A stretch of DNA of 32,349 nucleotides. Source: a virus. Taxonomy: Duplodnaviria > Caudoviricetes. Each line of letters opens with the position of its first letter. Position 1 is the first letter of the stretch. Of this stretch, positions 1 through 8,257 are shown in pieces. Made by a program: the position numbers and the translations under genes. The notes beneath the pieces were generated by a model. It was not told the DNA's origin. It searched no databases and was given only the letters and a program-made list of their open reading frames with translations. The DNA lies in IMG/VR virus record IMGVR_UViG_3300021165_000369, positions 1-32,349 of that record; one strand, written 5' to 3'.

Positions 1-173
1 ACAGATGGGTTAAACATCATTTTTTACAAGTATTTTTAAGAGCTTGGGGTACATATGATCATGATAAGTCTTTAGAAAATCTTAATAAAAACATTAATGT
101 TATCAAAGCAATGAGTGATACTGGTGCTGCAGAGGCTTTTATAAGCAAGAACATATTTAATTTAACAAAATGA
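1..173 (+). CDS. 3' end of a hypothetical protein (truncated by window edge)
   Basis: Frame open from base 3 (RWVKHHFLQVF...IFNLTK) to TGA at 171-173, which overlaps the helicase ATG (ATGA). Confidence 0.7.
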   Translation, partial: RWVKHHFLQVFLRAWGTYDHDKSLENLNKNINVIKAMSDTGAAEAFISKNIFNLTK

Positions 174-1264
174 CAAAAGATGAAATTCAATTAGAAGCTC
201 TAAAGGCTACTGAAGGAAGACAAAAATCTAGTGTTGTTCTTGGAACTGGTGTGGGTAAGACTTTAGTAGGTCTTACCCATATACAGCAGAACAGTACACC
301 ACTGATGAAATGTCTTGTAGTAGCTCCTAAGAAAGCAATCTTCCAGTCTTGGAAAGATGATGCTGTGAAATTTGGTATGGAAGAGTTACTAGACAGAATT
401 GTATTTACTACCTATCTTAGTTTAAATAAGCACAAGCCTGGGGACTATAATATAGTCTATTTAGATGAGATGCATAGTTTACTAGATAGTCACCGGGGAT
501 TCTTGCAGTTATACAAAGGCAAGATACTTGGTCTTACTGGTACTCCACCTAAAAGAAGCTTTTCAGAGAAAGGTAAACTAGTACAAGAGTTCTGTCCTGT
601 AGTATTTACATTCAAAGCAGATGATGCTATAGAGAATGGAATACTAAATGACTATCAGATTGTAGTACATCAGTTAAGTTTAAGCAATGAAAAAGTATAT
701 GAGGCCAAGATGTTTAATAAACCTTATTTAACCTCTGAGACAGCTAATTATACCTATTGGACAAGAAGACTTGATGTAGGAGGTGGAAACATGCATATGA
801 TGAGGATTATGAGAATGAAAGCTTTGATGGAGTATCCAAGTAAAGAACTATATACTAGAAGACTAATGGAAAGCATTAGTACTAAGTGTATTATATTTGC
901 TAATACTCAAATACAAGCTGATATGCTCTGTCCACATAGTTATCATTCTAATAATCCAGAGTCAGAGACTAATCTACAACAGTTTAAAGATGGAAGCATT
1001 GATAAGCTATCTACTGTAATGCAACTTAATGAGGGTGTGAACATACCTAACCTTAAACAAGGTATCATTATGCATGCCTACGGTAATGAGAGAAAAGCTG
1101 CACAGAGAATTGGTAGGTTGCTCCGGTTAAACCCAGATGATAAGGCTATTGTCCATATACTATGTTATATGGATACAGTAGATGAAAAATGGGTTAAGGA
1201 AGCTCTAGAGGGATTTGATCAGACTAAAATTATTTGGAAAGATTTTAATATTTTATTATATTAA
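170..1264 (+). CDS. Superfamily 2 DExH helicase (UvsW/ResIII-like)
   Basis: Walker A GTGVGKT, DEMH, motif III TGT, motif V EGVNIP, motif VI QRIGRLLR. Confidence 0.9.
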   Translation: MTKDEIQLEALKATEGRQKSSVVLGTGVGKTLVGLTHIQQNSTPLMKCLVVAPKKAIFQSWKDDAVKFGMEELLDRIVFTTYLSLNKHKPGDYNIVYLDEMHSLLDSHRGFLQLYKGKILGLTGTPPKRSFSEKGKLVQEFCPVVFTFKADDAIENGILNDYQIVVHQLSLSNEKVYEAKMFNKPYLTSETANYTYWTRRLDVGGGNMHMMRIMRMKALMEYPSKELYTRRLMESISTKCIIFANTQIQADMLCPHSYHSNNPESETNLQQFKDGSIDKLSTVMQLNEGVNIPNLKQGIIMHAYGNERKAAQRIGRLLRLNPDDKAIVHILCYMDTVDEKWVKEALEGFDQTKIIWKDFNILLY

Positions 1265-1268
1265 TAGT

Positions 1269-1523
1269 ATGGAAGATAATAAAACACACAAAGTAGTAAT
1301 TTACAATGATGATGTAAATTCTTATGATTATGTTACAGCTTGTCTTATTAGAATGTGTAAACATGAAGTTACTCAAGCAGAACAATGTGCTATTGTAGCA
1401 CATAATGTAGGAAAATGTGCAGTTAAATCAGGTGCTTTTTTGGATATGTTTGAATTAAAAGCTACATTTGATCAACTAGAAATTAAATCTGAAATAGAAG
1501 AATATGCAAGTGATTTGTATTAA
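1269..1523 (+). CDS. clpS: ClpS-like N-degron adaptor protein
   Basis: KVVIYNDDVNSYDYV...QAEQCAIVAHNVGKCAVKSG matches the ClpS signature (NDD..., H..G.A.V). Start moved to ATG 1269 to avoid overlap with the helicase. Confidence 0.85.
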   Translation: MEDNKTHKVVIYNDDVNSYDYVTACLIRMCKHEVTQAEQCAIVAHNVGKCAVKSGAFLDMFELKATFDQLEIKSEIEEYASDLY

Positions 1524-1779
1524 TGATGAGAACAAACCAAAAAGGGTCTCTCCATATGAGTGGGTCAAAGAAGGTGAAATCTATACTGTTATAGAAATAA
1601 GTAAAATGGGTCTGCAAGCTGGTAGATTTGGTTATAAACTTAAAGAAATACAGTTATCAGAACAATCATTTCCTTATGAGTACTACAATTCAGACAGATT
1701 TGTACCTGTTATATCATTACAACAAGTACTTAAAGAAGAACAGCCAGAAGAACTAGTAGCAGATTTAGATTTAGTTTAA
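1504..1779 (+). CDS. Hypothetical phage protein (small beta-rich, SH3-like)
   Basis: 91-aa ORF, VICIND...GEIYTV...YNSDRFVP pattern common in phage small proteins; overlaps clpS end. Confidence 0.7.
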   Translation: MQVICINDENKPKRVSPYEWVKEGEIYTVIEISKMGLQAGRFGYKLKEIQLSEQSFPYEYYNSDRFVPVISLQQVLKEEQPEELVADLDLV

Positions 1780-1795
1780 ACTTAAAAAATTTATT

Positions 1796-1975
1796 ATGAA
1801 AGAGAACTTAAGCATCATTGGTGTAGCTATTTTCTATGTATACTTTTTTGTAGCACATATTTTTACATTTTACTTCTGGTATCAATGGGCTCAGGATCAT
1901 AGCTTTTTAAATAGCTTGTTTCTTGGACCATTTGTAGCTGAGATACAAGGATTATTATTTCCTTTTTTCTTATAG
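1796..1975 (+). CDS. Small membrane protein (59 aa; absent from ORF track)
   Basis: MKENLSIIGVAIFYVYFFVAHIFTFYFWYQW...GLLFPFFL*; fills the gap exactly, A-rich leader, hydrophobic segments. Confidence 0.7.
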   Translation: MKENLSIIGVAIFYVYFFVAHIFTFYFWYQWAQDHSFLNSLFLGPFVAEIQGLLFPFFL

Positions 1976-1977
1976 TC

Positions 1978-2424
1978 ATGGATTATACTTATGAAGAGGT
2001 TCTTGAAGCTTGTAATGAGGTGATGGAACTGGTGAACAGGAAAAAGTGTAGACCTCATATGGATATGAGAAACTATCTTGTTGCACTACGGTACTACAAA
2101 TACTATGAGACTGAGGATTATATATCTAAAGACTTTGGCATTAAAAGATGCTCTATAAACCATAGTAAAAAACAACCGGCAATGTTGATTGGTGTTAAAG
2201 ACCCAACATTTCTTAGTAGTGTAGCTGATTTGATGGCCAGGTTTCCATATAAGTTTCCTGAAAATAGAGATCCGTCAGTTAAAAGAAGTTGTGCTATAAT
2301 TGTTTATCTTGAGTATGACTTACTTAGTAAGTTTGATGGCTATATGGAAGAGAAAAGCATAAGAAGAAGAGATGTTGCAGCAAAACAGTTAATTAAAAAA
2401 GCACTGAAAATATGGGGAGGATAA
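1978..2424 (+). CDS. Putative DNA-binding regulator (HTH-like middle, ribbon-helix-helix-like C-terminus)
   Basis: EDYISKDFGIKRCSINH resembles an HTH; IIVYLEYDLLSKFDGYMEEKSIRRRDVAAKQLIKKAL resembles a CopG/RHH pattern. Function inferred. Confidence 0.5.
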   Translation: MDYTYEEVLEACNEVMELVNRKKCRPHMDMRNYLVALRYYKYYETEDYISKDFGIKRCSINHSKKQPAMLIGVKDPTFLSSVADLMARFPYKFPENRDPSVKRSCAIIVYLEYDLLSKFDGYMEEKSIRRRDVAAKQLIKKALKIWGG

Positions 2425-2660
2425 AAGAATTATGTATTGATTTAATGAATACCAATAATGGTATTCTACCAGAGGAAGCTACTATAGCTGACATAACAAG
2501 AATGAAAGAACTAGAAATTAGTAATTGGCAGGAGTATGAAAGATACCAGGAAAACAGTAGATCACTCAGAAGAGAATCTGAAAATTCAGCAGAGGCTGAA
2601 AAGATACAGGCAGCGGGAAAAATCTTTGAAGAATCCCTCAGAGAAAGTAATAAACAATAA
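2412..2660 (+). CDS. Hypothetical protein
   Basis: 82-aa ORF co-oriented with and overlapping the previous gene. Confidence 0.7.
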   Translation: MGRIKELCIDLMNTNNGILPEEATIADITRMKELEISNWQEYERYQENSRSLRRESENSAEAEKIQAAGKIFEESLRESNKQ

Positions 2661-2671
2661 AACAATAAACA

Positions 2672-3124
2672 ATGAAGAAGGTGATTAATTTGGTATTAGC
2701 GGTATTAACAGTAGGAACTCTTAATGCTCAATGGACTTATAAAACAGCAAATAATGGATTTGATACTCCTTATAAAATAGCATATACACCAACAAGTAAT
2801 GGTGCAGAAGCATATATGTTTGTTATAGACAGTGCTGTAATACTTGAAGTAAGTGGTGGTTATTATTGTGATGATAAACCATCAATTGATGTAGTACTTG
2901 TAGTAAATGGAGTAGATAAGAAATTTGAATTTGAAGGTTATAAAGGAGGTACATCTGATGTAGTTTACATAACCTGGGATATGGCTTTAGAACCAGAATT
3001 TCTTAGTGCATTTAAACTAGCAAGTACTATGAAAATTAGGATTAATGAAAGTTACTGTAGTACTGAAGTATATACATACAAAATGACTAATAGTAAGGCA
3101 GCTTATGATTATATGATCAAGTAA
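2672..3124 (+). CDS. Secreted/periplasmic protein with Sec signal peptide
   Basis: MKKVINLVLAVLTVGTLNA|QW: basic n-region, hydrophobic core, LNA cleavage site followed by Gln. Confidence 0.8.
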   Translation: MKKVINLVLAVLTVGTLNAQWTYKTANNGFDTPYKIAYTPTSNGAEAYMFVIDSAVILEVSGGYYCDDKPSIDVVLVVNGVDKKFEFEGYKGGTSDVVYITWDMALEPEFLSAFKLASTMKIRINESYCSTEVYTYKMTNSKAAYDYMIK

Positions 3125-3144
3125 TAATTTAAAACAAAAAAACC

Positions 3145-3693
3145 ATGTTTAGTTTACCAAACCCAAAGAAAACAATTACAATTGACTTTTCAATTGAACA
3201 AGTAATGAGTTCTATACCAAGAATTCACATTGCATCTGATACTAAGTATAAAGTATCAGAAATAAATGCAATATTTAACCAAGTAACATTAGAATGCTTT
3301 GAGTTCTTATCTCTTGGTGTGTATATTGATTTTAACCTAGTGAAGAAATCAGAGACTTCAACAGAAGTAACAATTGAGATCCGCAGAAAGATGGGTTCAT
3401 TTGATACTGAAGTAGAAGTATCAAAAGCAAATTACCATTTTAAAGACTTAGTAAATCATCTATCTGAAGTTATTGTATTATCTGAAGCTGATTTTAATAA
3501 AAATTACAGCAAGATTATACAAGATGTAGCTAAAGCAGAAGTAGAACAATCAAAACCTTGGTATACAGGTAAAAATGTTCCACTTTTAATGATGATTTTG
3601 GGCGTTGTAACCTTACCTTTCCTTATTGGCTTTCTTATATTACCTCTTGGTATATATGCAAGAATAAAAAACAAAGAGTACTTAAACCAATAA
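3145..3693 (+). CDS. Membrane-anchored protein (C-terminal TM hairpin)
   Basis: C-terminal VPLLMMILGVVTLPFLIGFLILPLGIYA followed by a basic tail. Confidence 0.75.
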   Translation: MFSLPNPKKTITIDFSIEQVMSSIPRIHIASDTKYKVSEINAIFNQVTLECFEFLSLGVYIDFNLVKKSETSTEVTIEIRRKMGSFDTEVEVSKANYHFKDLVNHLSEVIVLSEADFNKNYSKIIQDVAKAEVEQSKPWYTGKNVPLLMMILGVVTLPFLIGFLILPLGIYARIKNKEYLNQ

Positions 3694-3694
3694 G

Positions 3695-3889
3695 GTGAAA
3701 CACTTTATTAAATATCTAGTGGTATGGATAAGCCAAAACTTATCTGTACCATTCTGGATGGTAGGTCATGTACATCTAATGTCTTCAGTATATGAGGATA
3801 TTCATGAAATAATAGCATCTTGTGGTATGAATATACTAGTTGCTATTGGTTTTATTATAGATTATTTAGAACAAAAAAAGAAGTTATGA
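3695..3889 (+). CDS. Small membrane protein
   Basis: 64-aa GTG-start ORF with two hydrophobic segments, tightly packed between neighbours. Confidence 0.7.
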   Translation: MKHFIKYLVVWISQNLSVPFWMVGHVHLMSSVYEDIHEIIASCGMNILVAIGFIIDYLEQKKKL

Positions 3890-4137
3890 AACAAGAAAAA
3901 TGGAATAAACTTCATGAAGAACTTGATAGTGCTTTAAATACAATAAAAAAAAATAAAATGAAAGTAGAAAAGAAAAAAGCAGGAAGACCTAGAAAAGAAA
4001 AAGAACCTGTTATTACAGTGTATAATCCAATGGAACGGGATCTTAAAAAAGCTGAGATTGTAAACAAACTAAAAGATGAGACTATTGCAGACTTAGAAAC
4101 TAAGTTAGATGGGCTTACAAGGAGCAGGAAGATATGA
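3886..4137 (+). CDS. Basic coiled-coil protein with AT-hook-like motif
   Basis: Start at ATG 3886 (ATGA overlap with the upstream stop); KKKAGRPRKEK. Confidence 0.6.
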   Translation: MKQEKWNKLHEELDSALNTIKKNKMKVEKKKAGRPRKEKEPVITVYNPMERDLKKAEIVNKLKDETIADLETKLDGLTRSRKI

Positions 4138-4295
4138 TTGCTGAAGTAAATAAATGGGTATTCCAAGTAATACACCATTGTGCTGAGGTAGAATCTAAAA
4201 CAGGTAAAATTACACTACATGATGTAGATTACTGTGCAGATCTGATTAAAAGAATTCTGAAACATAAATTTGTAAATAACCTTGAAAACTATTAA
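4134..4295 (+). CDS. Hypothetical protein (53 aa; absent from ORF track)
   Basis: MIAEVNKWVFQVIHHC...FVNNLENY*; ATGA overlap upstream and 2-bp gap downstream. Confidence 0.6.
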   Translation: MIAEVNKWVFQVIHHCAEVESKTGKITLHDVDYCADLIKRILKHKFVNNLENY

Positions 4296-4297
4296 TT

Positions 4298-4699
4298 ATG
4301 AAAGATATTATTTTAGCACTTATGATAGGTGCAGCCTTTATGTATGAAATGTGGGTGTTTCTTAAAACAAGAGCATTTGTAAAAGTAATTTACATGTTGC
4401 CAAATGATGATGAAGATAAAAAATCAATGAAACTTGTAACTGGTTGTTTTTCAGCAATCTATCTTGTATGGTTAATCTTAGGTATGGCAATTAGTGGACT
4501 ATGGTATGCTTACTTAGCTATTTTTGTATTATCTCTTTTACAAGCTCCTGTGGCCAAATATTTTAAGAAAAATAAACACTGGGAAAGTTTGATACTATTT
4601 AAGAAGATAGATGGTGTAATATCTATGGCTATTCTTATATGGTTATTTGTAGCTCATTTTCATCCTGAATTACTAGGATCTTGGAAAATTAATTTTTAA
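4298..4699 (+). CDS. Multi-pass membrane protein
   Basis: About four hydrophobic helices in 133 aa. Confidence 0.75.
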   Translation: MKDIILALMIGAAFMYEMWVFLKTRAFVKVIYMLPNDDEDKKSMKLVTGCFSAIYLVWLILGMAISGLWYAYLAIFVLSLLQAPVAKYFKKNKHWESLILFKKIDGVISMAILIWLFVAHFHPELLGSWKINF

Positions 4700-4709
4700 A
4701 AAAAGTAAC

Positions 4710-4934
4710 ATGAAAACAGAAGAATTAGTAAAAAAATGTCAGGACAGAATGAAGTCCATAAGAGATAAAATTGAAACTAAAAGAAAATCTAAAAAAGTAT
4801 ACAGTGAAGAAGAAGTAGTTACATTACTGGAGTATGTAAGAGGAAACTTTTATGACACCGGATTAAAATGGCACTCACAACCAGATACAGATTATACTTC
4901 AAGAGAATTACTTGAACAATTTAAAAAGAAATAA
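4710..4934 (+). CDS. Hypothetical protein
   Basis: 74-aa ORF; YSEEEV...EQFKKK pattern recalled from Bacteroidota phage small proteins. Confidence 0.7.
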   Translation: MKTEELVKKCQDRMKSIRDKIETKRKSKKVYSEEEVVTLLEYVRGNFYDTGLKWHSQPDTDYTSRELLEQFKKK

Positions 4935-4935
4935 T

Positions 4936-5172
4936 ATGAAAACAGCAGTAGAATGGTATAACTCAAAAGTAATTGAGTTGATGACACAAAGAGAACAAGG
5001 AAATATTGATGTACTTGAATTTAGAAATCAACTTGATTTATTATTAGCACAAGCCAAAGAAATGGAGAAAGAGCAGATAATGGAGGCTTATTTACAAGGT
5101 CAGTATGATGGAGATATCATAAGAGATACTGATGCAGAACAATACTACAACGAAACCTTTAAATCAGAATAG
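4936..5172 (+). CDS. Hypothetical phage protein (KTAVEW...AKEMEKEQI...EQYYNETF family)
   Basis: ATG 4936 is 1 bp after the upstream stop; motif set recalled from aquatic Bacteroidota phages. Confidence 0.75.
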   Translation: MKTAVEWYNSKVIELMTQREQGNIDVLEFRNQLDLLLAQAKEMEKEQIMEAYLQGQYDGDIIRDTDAEQYYNETFKSE

Positions 5173-5173
5173 A

Positions 5174-5395
5174 ATGAAAGTAATAATTGAATTTACAGAT
5201 GAAGATGCTGCATCTGATGCTCAGGTAGCATTAGATGGGTGGAAGTATAGAGTTGCTATATGGGAAATAGATCAATATCTTAGGAATGAAGTTAAGTATA
5301 ATGAGAGTCTTCCTGGTGAAGTAGGAGAGGCTTATGAAAAGTTAAGAGATGAGATCCGGGAGATTCTATCCAATAGTAACCTAACAATGGAATAG
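5174..5395 (+). CDS. Hypothetical phage protein
   Basis: ATG 5174 (MKVIIEF...IDQYLRNEVKY) is 1 bp after the upstream stop. Confidence 0.7.
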   Translation: MKVIIEFTDEDAASDAQVALDGWKYRVAIWEIDQYLRNEVKYNESLPGEVGEAYEKLRDEIREILSNSNLTME

Positions 5396-5464
5396 CTATG
5401 AAAACTATACTTGAATTGTTAACTCTACTTATTGTTAGTTGTGTATATAAAGACCTAGATTAGT

Positions 5465-5881
5465 ATGATAAAATACTTTAAAGACTCAAAAATTAGAAAT
5501 CTAATAGAACACATATGCCATGAGCATCATAGTGTATGCAAGGTAGAAGATAGTAATATGGGTTACTTGTGGTATATGTATACCTACGGTAATAAAAAAG
5601 GAGAATTTAAACCCTTTATTTTTCTATCTGAGTTAAACTTATTAGTAAGGACAAGTTATATTACAGAAGATGAGAAACAGAACATGCTAGGTATGTTACT
5701 TAGTACTGATGATGACAATGCTCATCTTACTGGATATTCTATACTTACATTAAGAGCTAAGAGGATGGAAGAAATGGGGTTATGGACCCTTGAGAATGAA
5801 AAATATAAGGATGTTAACTACACTAGGGATATAATTAGTCCGGAAGTGTTTTTAAATCCTACAACAATTTATAAATTATGA
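5465..5881 (+). CDS. Hypothetical protein carrying the ML.S.D.DN helical module
   Basis: 138-aa ORF; ITEDEKQNMLGMLLSTDDDNAHL. Confidence 0.75.
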   Translation: MIKYFKDSKIRNLIEHICHEHHSVCKVEDSNMGYLWYMYTYGNKKGEFKPFIFLSELNLLVRTSYITEDEKQNMLGMLLSTDDDNAHLTGYSILTLRAKRMEEMGLWTLENEKYKDVNYTRDIISPEVFLNPTTIYKL

Positions 5882-6141
5882 CAGAAGCAGAATTAATTGA
5901 ACTAGACTTTGAAATATCTATTATAGAGAATAAAGAAAGTCAAAATGGATATGATTACTACTTTTACCACAAAGAAATTTGTGATGACCTAGTATTATTC
6001 AGTACAGATAGTACTGATGTTAAAGATAACAACTGGACACTTAAGTGTTATGAGCTTCCCTCAGTAAGAATTAGGACTATGGAACATTATTTACAGTTTG
6101 TTGAAGTATTAAAGAATGTAATATGTATAGCGGAAAATTAA
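5878..6141 (+). CDS. Hypothetical protein
   Basis: 87-aa ORF, ATGA-coupled; MTEAELIELDF start typical of phage small proteins. Confidence 0.7.
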   Translation: MTEAELIELDFEISIIENKESQNGYDYYFYHKEICDDLVLFSTDSTDVKDNNWTLKCYELPSVRIRTMEHYLQFVEVLKNVICIAEN

Positions 6142-6476
6142 TTAAGAAAGATGGCAAACTGATCTATCATGAACCAACAGACAAATTAGGCTATGCTGTA
6201 TTTGTCTCTAAAATAAAAGATGGTCAGGTAGTAGATATGTATTTAGATCTTGCAGATGCAGATCATAGTAAAGCACAACTTGCAAAAGTACATGCTTGTA
6301 TTAGAGAACTGGCAGCAGAGTCCGGATATAGTTTTGATGACATGAAGTTACTGATCAAAAGTGCTTCTGGTCTAGAAGATAAATCCTTTGCAGATTGTAG
6401 TAAAAGTGAACTGATGTTAGCTATTGAAGCTTGTATACAGATTGGTGGAGAGAACTTTAATATTAATCTACATTAG
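6123..6476 (+). CDS. NinB/Orf-like recombination accessory protein (putative)
   Basis: SKAQLAKVHACIRELA..SG....MK...KSFADCSKSELMLAIE follows the NinB-like S..Q...H..I..A / S...s..E....IE pattern. Confidence 0.55.
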   Translation: MYSGKLIKKDGKLIYHEPTDKLGYAVFVSKIKDGQVVDMYLDLADADHSKAQLAKVHACIRELAAESGYSFDDMKLLIKSASGLEDKSFADCSKSELMLAIEACIQIGGENFNINLH

Positions 6477-6777
6477 GAGGAACAAATCCTTCATCACCAG
6501 GTACTAAAACTTCTTTTTCAGTATAGCTATTATTATTCTTAGCTTGAGTTTCAATTTCAGCAAGTAATAGTGCTATAGTATAAAAAGCTCTTTGTAAATC
6601 ATCCAAGTCTTCATACTTTTTTGATAAAGCATCTTTTAAGTATTCATCATCTGGATTTTTTTCATGCATTTGATTGAACAAGTAAAAAGATACTGCTTTA
6701 GTCATCATATAAAAGTTCTTGTTTACTTTAATTTCAAGTATAGCATCATCTTTCATTTCCTTAACTTTAACTGGCAT
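6463..6777 (-). CDS. Hypothetical protein, lone reverse-strand gene in the replication arm
   Basis: MPVKVKEMKDDAILEIKVNK... (104 aa) fills an otherwise empty ~330-bp gap; + strand here is T-rich, as expected for antisense of a coding region. Confidence 0.75.
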   Translation of the reverse strand: MPVKVKEMKDDAILEIKVNKNFYMMTKAVSFYLFNQMHEKNPDDEYLKDALSKKYEDLDDLQRAFYTIALLLAEIETQAKNNNSYTEKEVLVPGDEGFVPPNVD

Positions 6778-6808
6778 AGTAATAATTTTAAACAAAAATA
6801 AACAAAAA

Positions 6809-7492
6809 ATGGACTTAGAAGAAATTAAACAAAAAATGTTTGCTAAACTTGAACCTAGTGGTTGGGGTAAAGTTCTTAAATCTTTTATATTTAGCAGTGA
6901 CTTTGATGATATACTTACTAAGTTATATACATTAAGTCAAGCTGATAAAAGATTTACTCCACCACTTAAACAAGTATTTAGAGCATTTGAAGAATGTCCC
7001 TATGATAAACTACAAATAGTAATTATTGGACAAGACCCATATCCTCAGCTTGATGTTGCGGATGGTATATCATTTAGCTGTAGTAATACAGGTAAATTAC
7101 AACCTAGTCTTAGATACATACTAGATGAGATCAACAGAAGTGTTTATGGAGGTCATCCAGGCAGTTTAGATGTAGATCTTAAAAGATGGTCTAACCAAGG
7201 TGTACTTATGCTTAATACAGCTCTTACAGTTGAAGTAGGTAAGATTGGTAGCCATTATGATATATGGAAGACTTTTACTGCATATCTGCTAGATTGGTTA
7301 AATACACATGACTCAGGTTTAGTGTATTTATACATGGGTAAAAAAGCTGAAGAGTGGTCAGATCTAACTGATGATAACACTAATATTAAATACTTTGTAA
7401 AACATCCAGCTAGTGCAGCTTATAGTGGTGGTAAATGGGATTCAGAAGGTGTATTTATGAAAATACAAATACAAAAAATAATAACTTGGTAG
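6809..7492 (+). CDS. ung: Uracil-DNA glycosylase, family 1
   Basis: VFRAF, GQDPY, GISFS, PSL, W..QGVLMLN.ALTV, HPA motifs. Start reassigned to ATG 6809. Confidence 0.92.
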   Translation: MDLEEIKQKMFAKLEPSGWGKVLKSFIFSSDFDDILTKLYTLSQADKRFTPPLKQVFRAFEECPYDKLQIVIIGQDPYPQLDVADGISFSCSNTGKLQPSLRYILDEINRSVYGGHPGSLDVDLKRWSNQGVLMLNTALTVEVGKIGSHYDIWKTFTAYLLDWLNTHDSGLVYLYMGKKAEEWSDLTDDNTNIKYFVKHPASAAYSGGKWDSEGVFMKIQIQKIITW

Positions 7493-7493
7493 T

Positions 7494-8081
7494 ATGACAG
7501 ATATATTTACAAGGTTAATCCAAGAGGACTTAACTCCAAATACATACTATGTTTTACACTGTATAAGAGAGAAGATTGTACCGCATAAGTTTGTCAACAA
7601 AGAATTGGAATGCAAAAGGCTGCAAAGCAACCTTTGGCTTACAGAAAACTTGCAGCTTACAAGTAAAAGCCTTATCTTTATGGAAGAAATCAACGGTTAT
7701 TTCAAAAGAACTAAGAAGAAAACTTCACAAGATTTAATGGGCAAAGACTTTATTGCAAATATAGAGGGATATGTAGAAATATTTCCTAATATAAAACTAT
7801 CCTCTGGAAAATATGCAAGAGTTAATGCTAAGAATCTAGAAGCTCCTTTTAAATGGTTCTTTGAGACCTATGATTATGATTGGGAAACCATTCTAAAAGC
7901 AACAGAAAGATATGTAGATGAATTTAGTATCAGAAGATATGAGTATATGAGGACTGCCCAATATTTTGTAAGAAAGCAGAACATAGACAAATCTTTTGAA
8001 TCTGATTTAGCTACATATTGTGAGATATTAAAAACCAATCCTGATGATCAACAGATCTATTTTAGTGAAACAGTAGTATGA
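7494..8081 (+). CDS. Conserved hypothetical protein, possible replication initiator/helicase loader
   Basis: 195 aa directly upstream of DnaB; wHTH-like N-terminus and FP...K/ILKATERY/YF C-terminus recall phage replisome organisers (inference). Confidence 0.5.
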   Translation: MTDIFTRLIQEDLTPNTYYVLHCIREKIVPHKFVNKELECKRLQSNLWLTENLQLTSKSLIFMEEINGYFKRTKKKTSQDLMGKDFIANIEGYVEIFPNIKLSSGKYARVNAKNLEAPFKWFFETYDYDWETILKATERYVDEFSIRRYEYMRTAQYFVRKQNIDKSFESDLATYCEILKTNPDDQQIYFSETVV

Positions 8082-8254
8082 CAAATTTCAAAATGTTAAT
8101 GGTAGCCATTGTGGGAAGTTTGTTTTGTTTTACTGTTATAGACTTTTTTATAGTTGATATAAATCCAGCAGAGTATTTACTAATAGAGTTTTTATTATCA
8201 ATTACTCATAGCTTCTATAACTATGTAAAAAACAAACAAATAACTAATATATAA
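8078..8254 (+). CDS. Small membrane protein (58 aa; absent from ORF track)
   Basis: MTNFKMLMVAIVGSLFCFTVIDFFIV...ITNI*; ATGA overlap, ends 3 bp before dnaB. Confidence 0.65.
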   Translation: MTNFKMLMVAIVGSLFCFTVIDFFIVDINPAEYLLIEFLLSITHSFYNYVKNKQITNI

Positions 8255-8257
8255 CAA

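Noticed and set aside
1233-1264. Promoter upstream of clpS (TTTG...TATATTAA)
   Set aside because: The -7 element does not match TAnnTTTG, and I found no second copy to define a phage-specific motif.
5398-5463. 21-codon ORF MKTILELLTLLIVSCVYKDLD with a lipoprotein-like signal
   Set aside because: It fits the gap but is too short to support without homologues.
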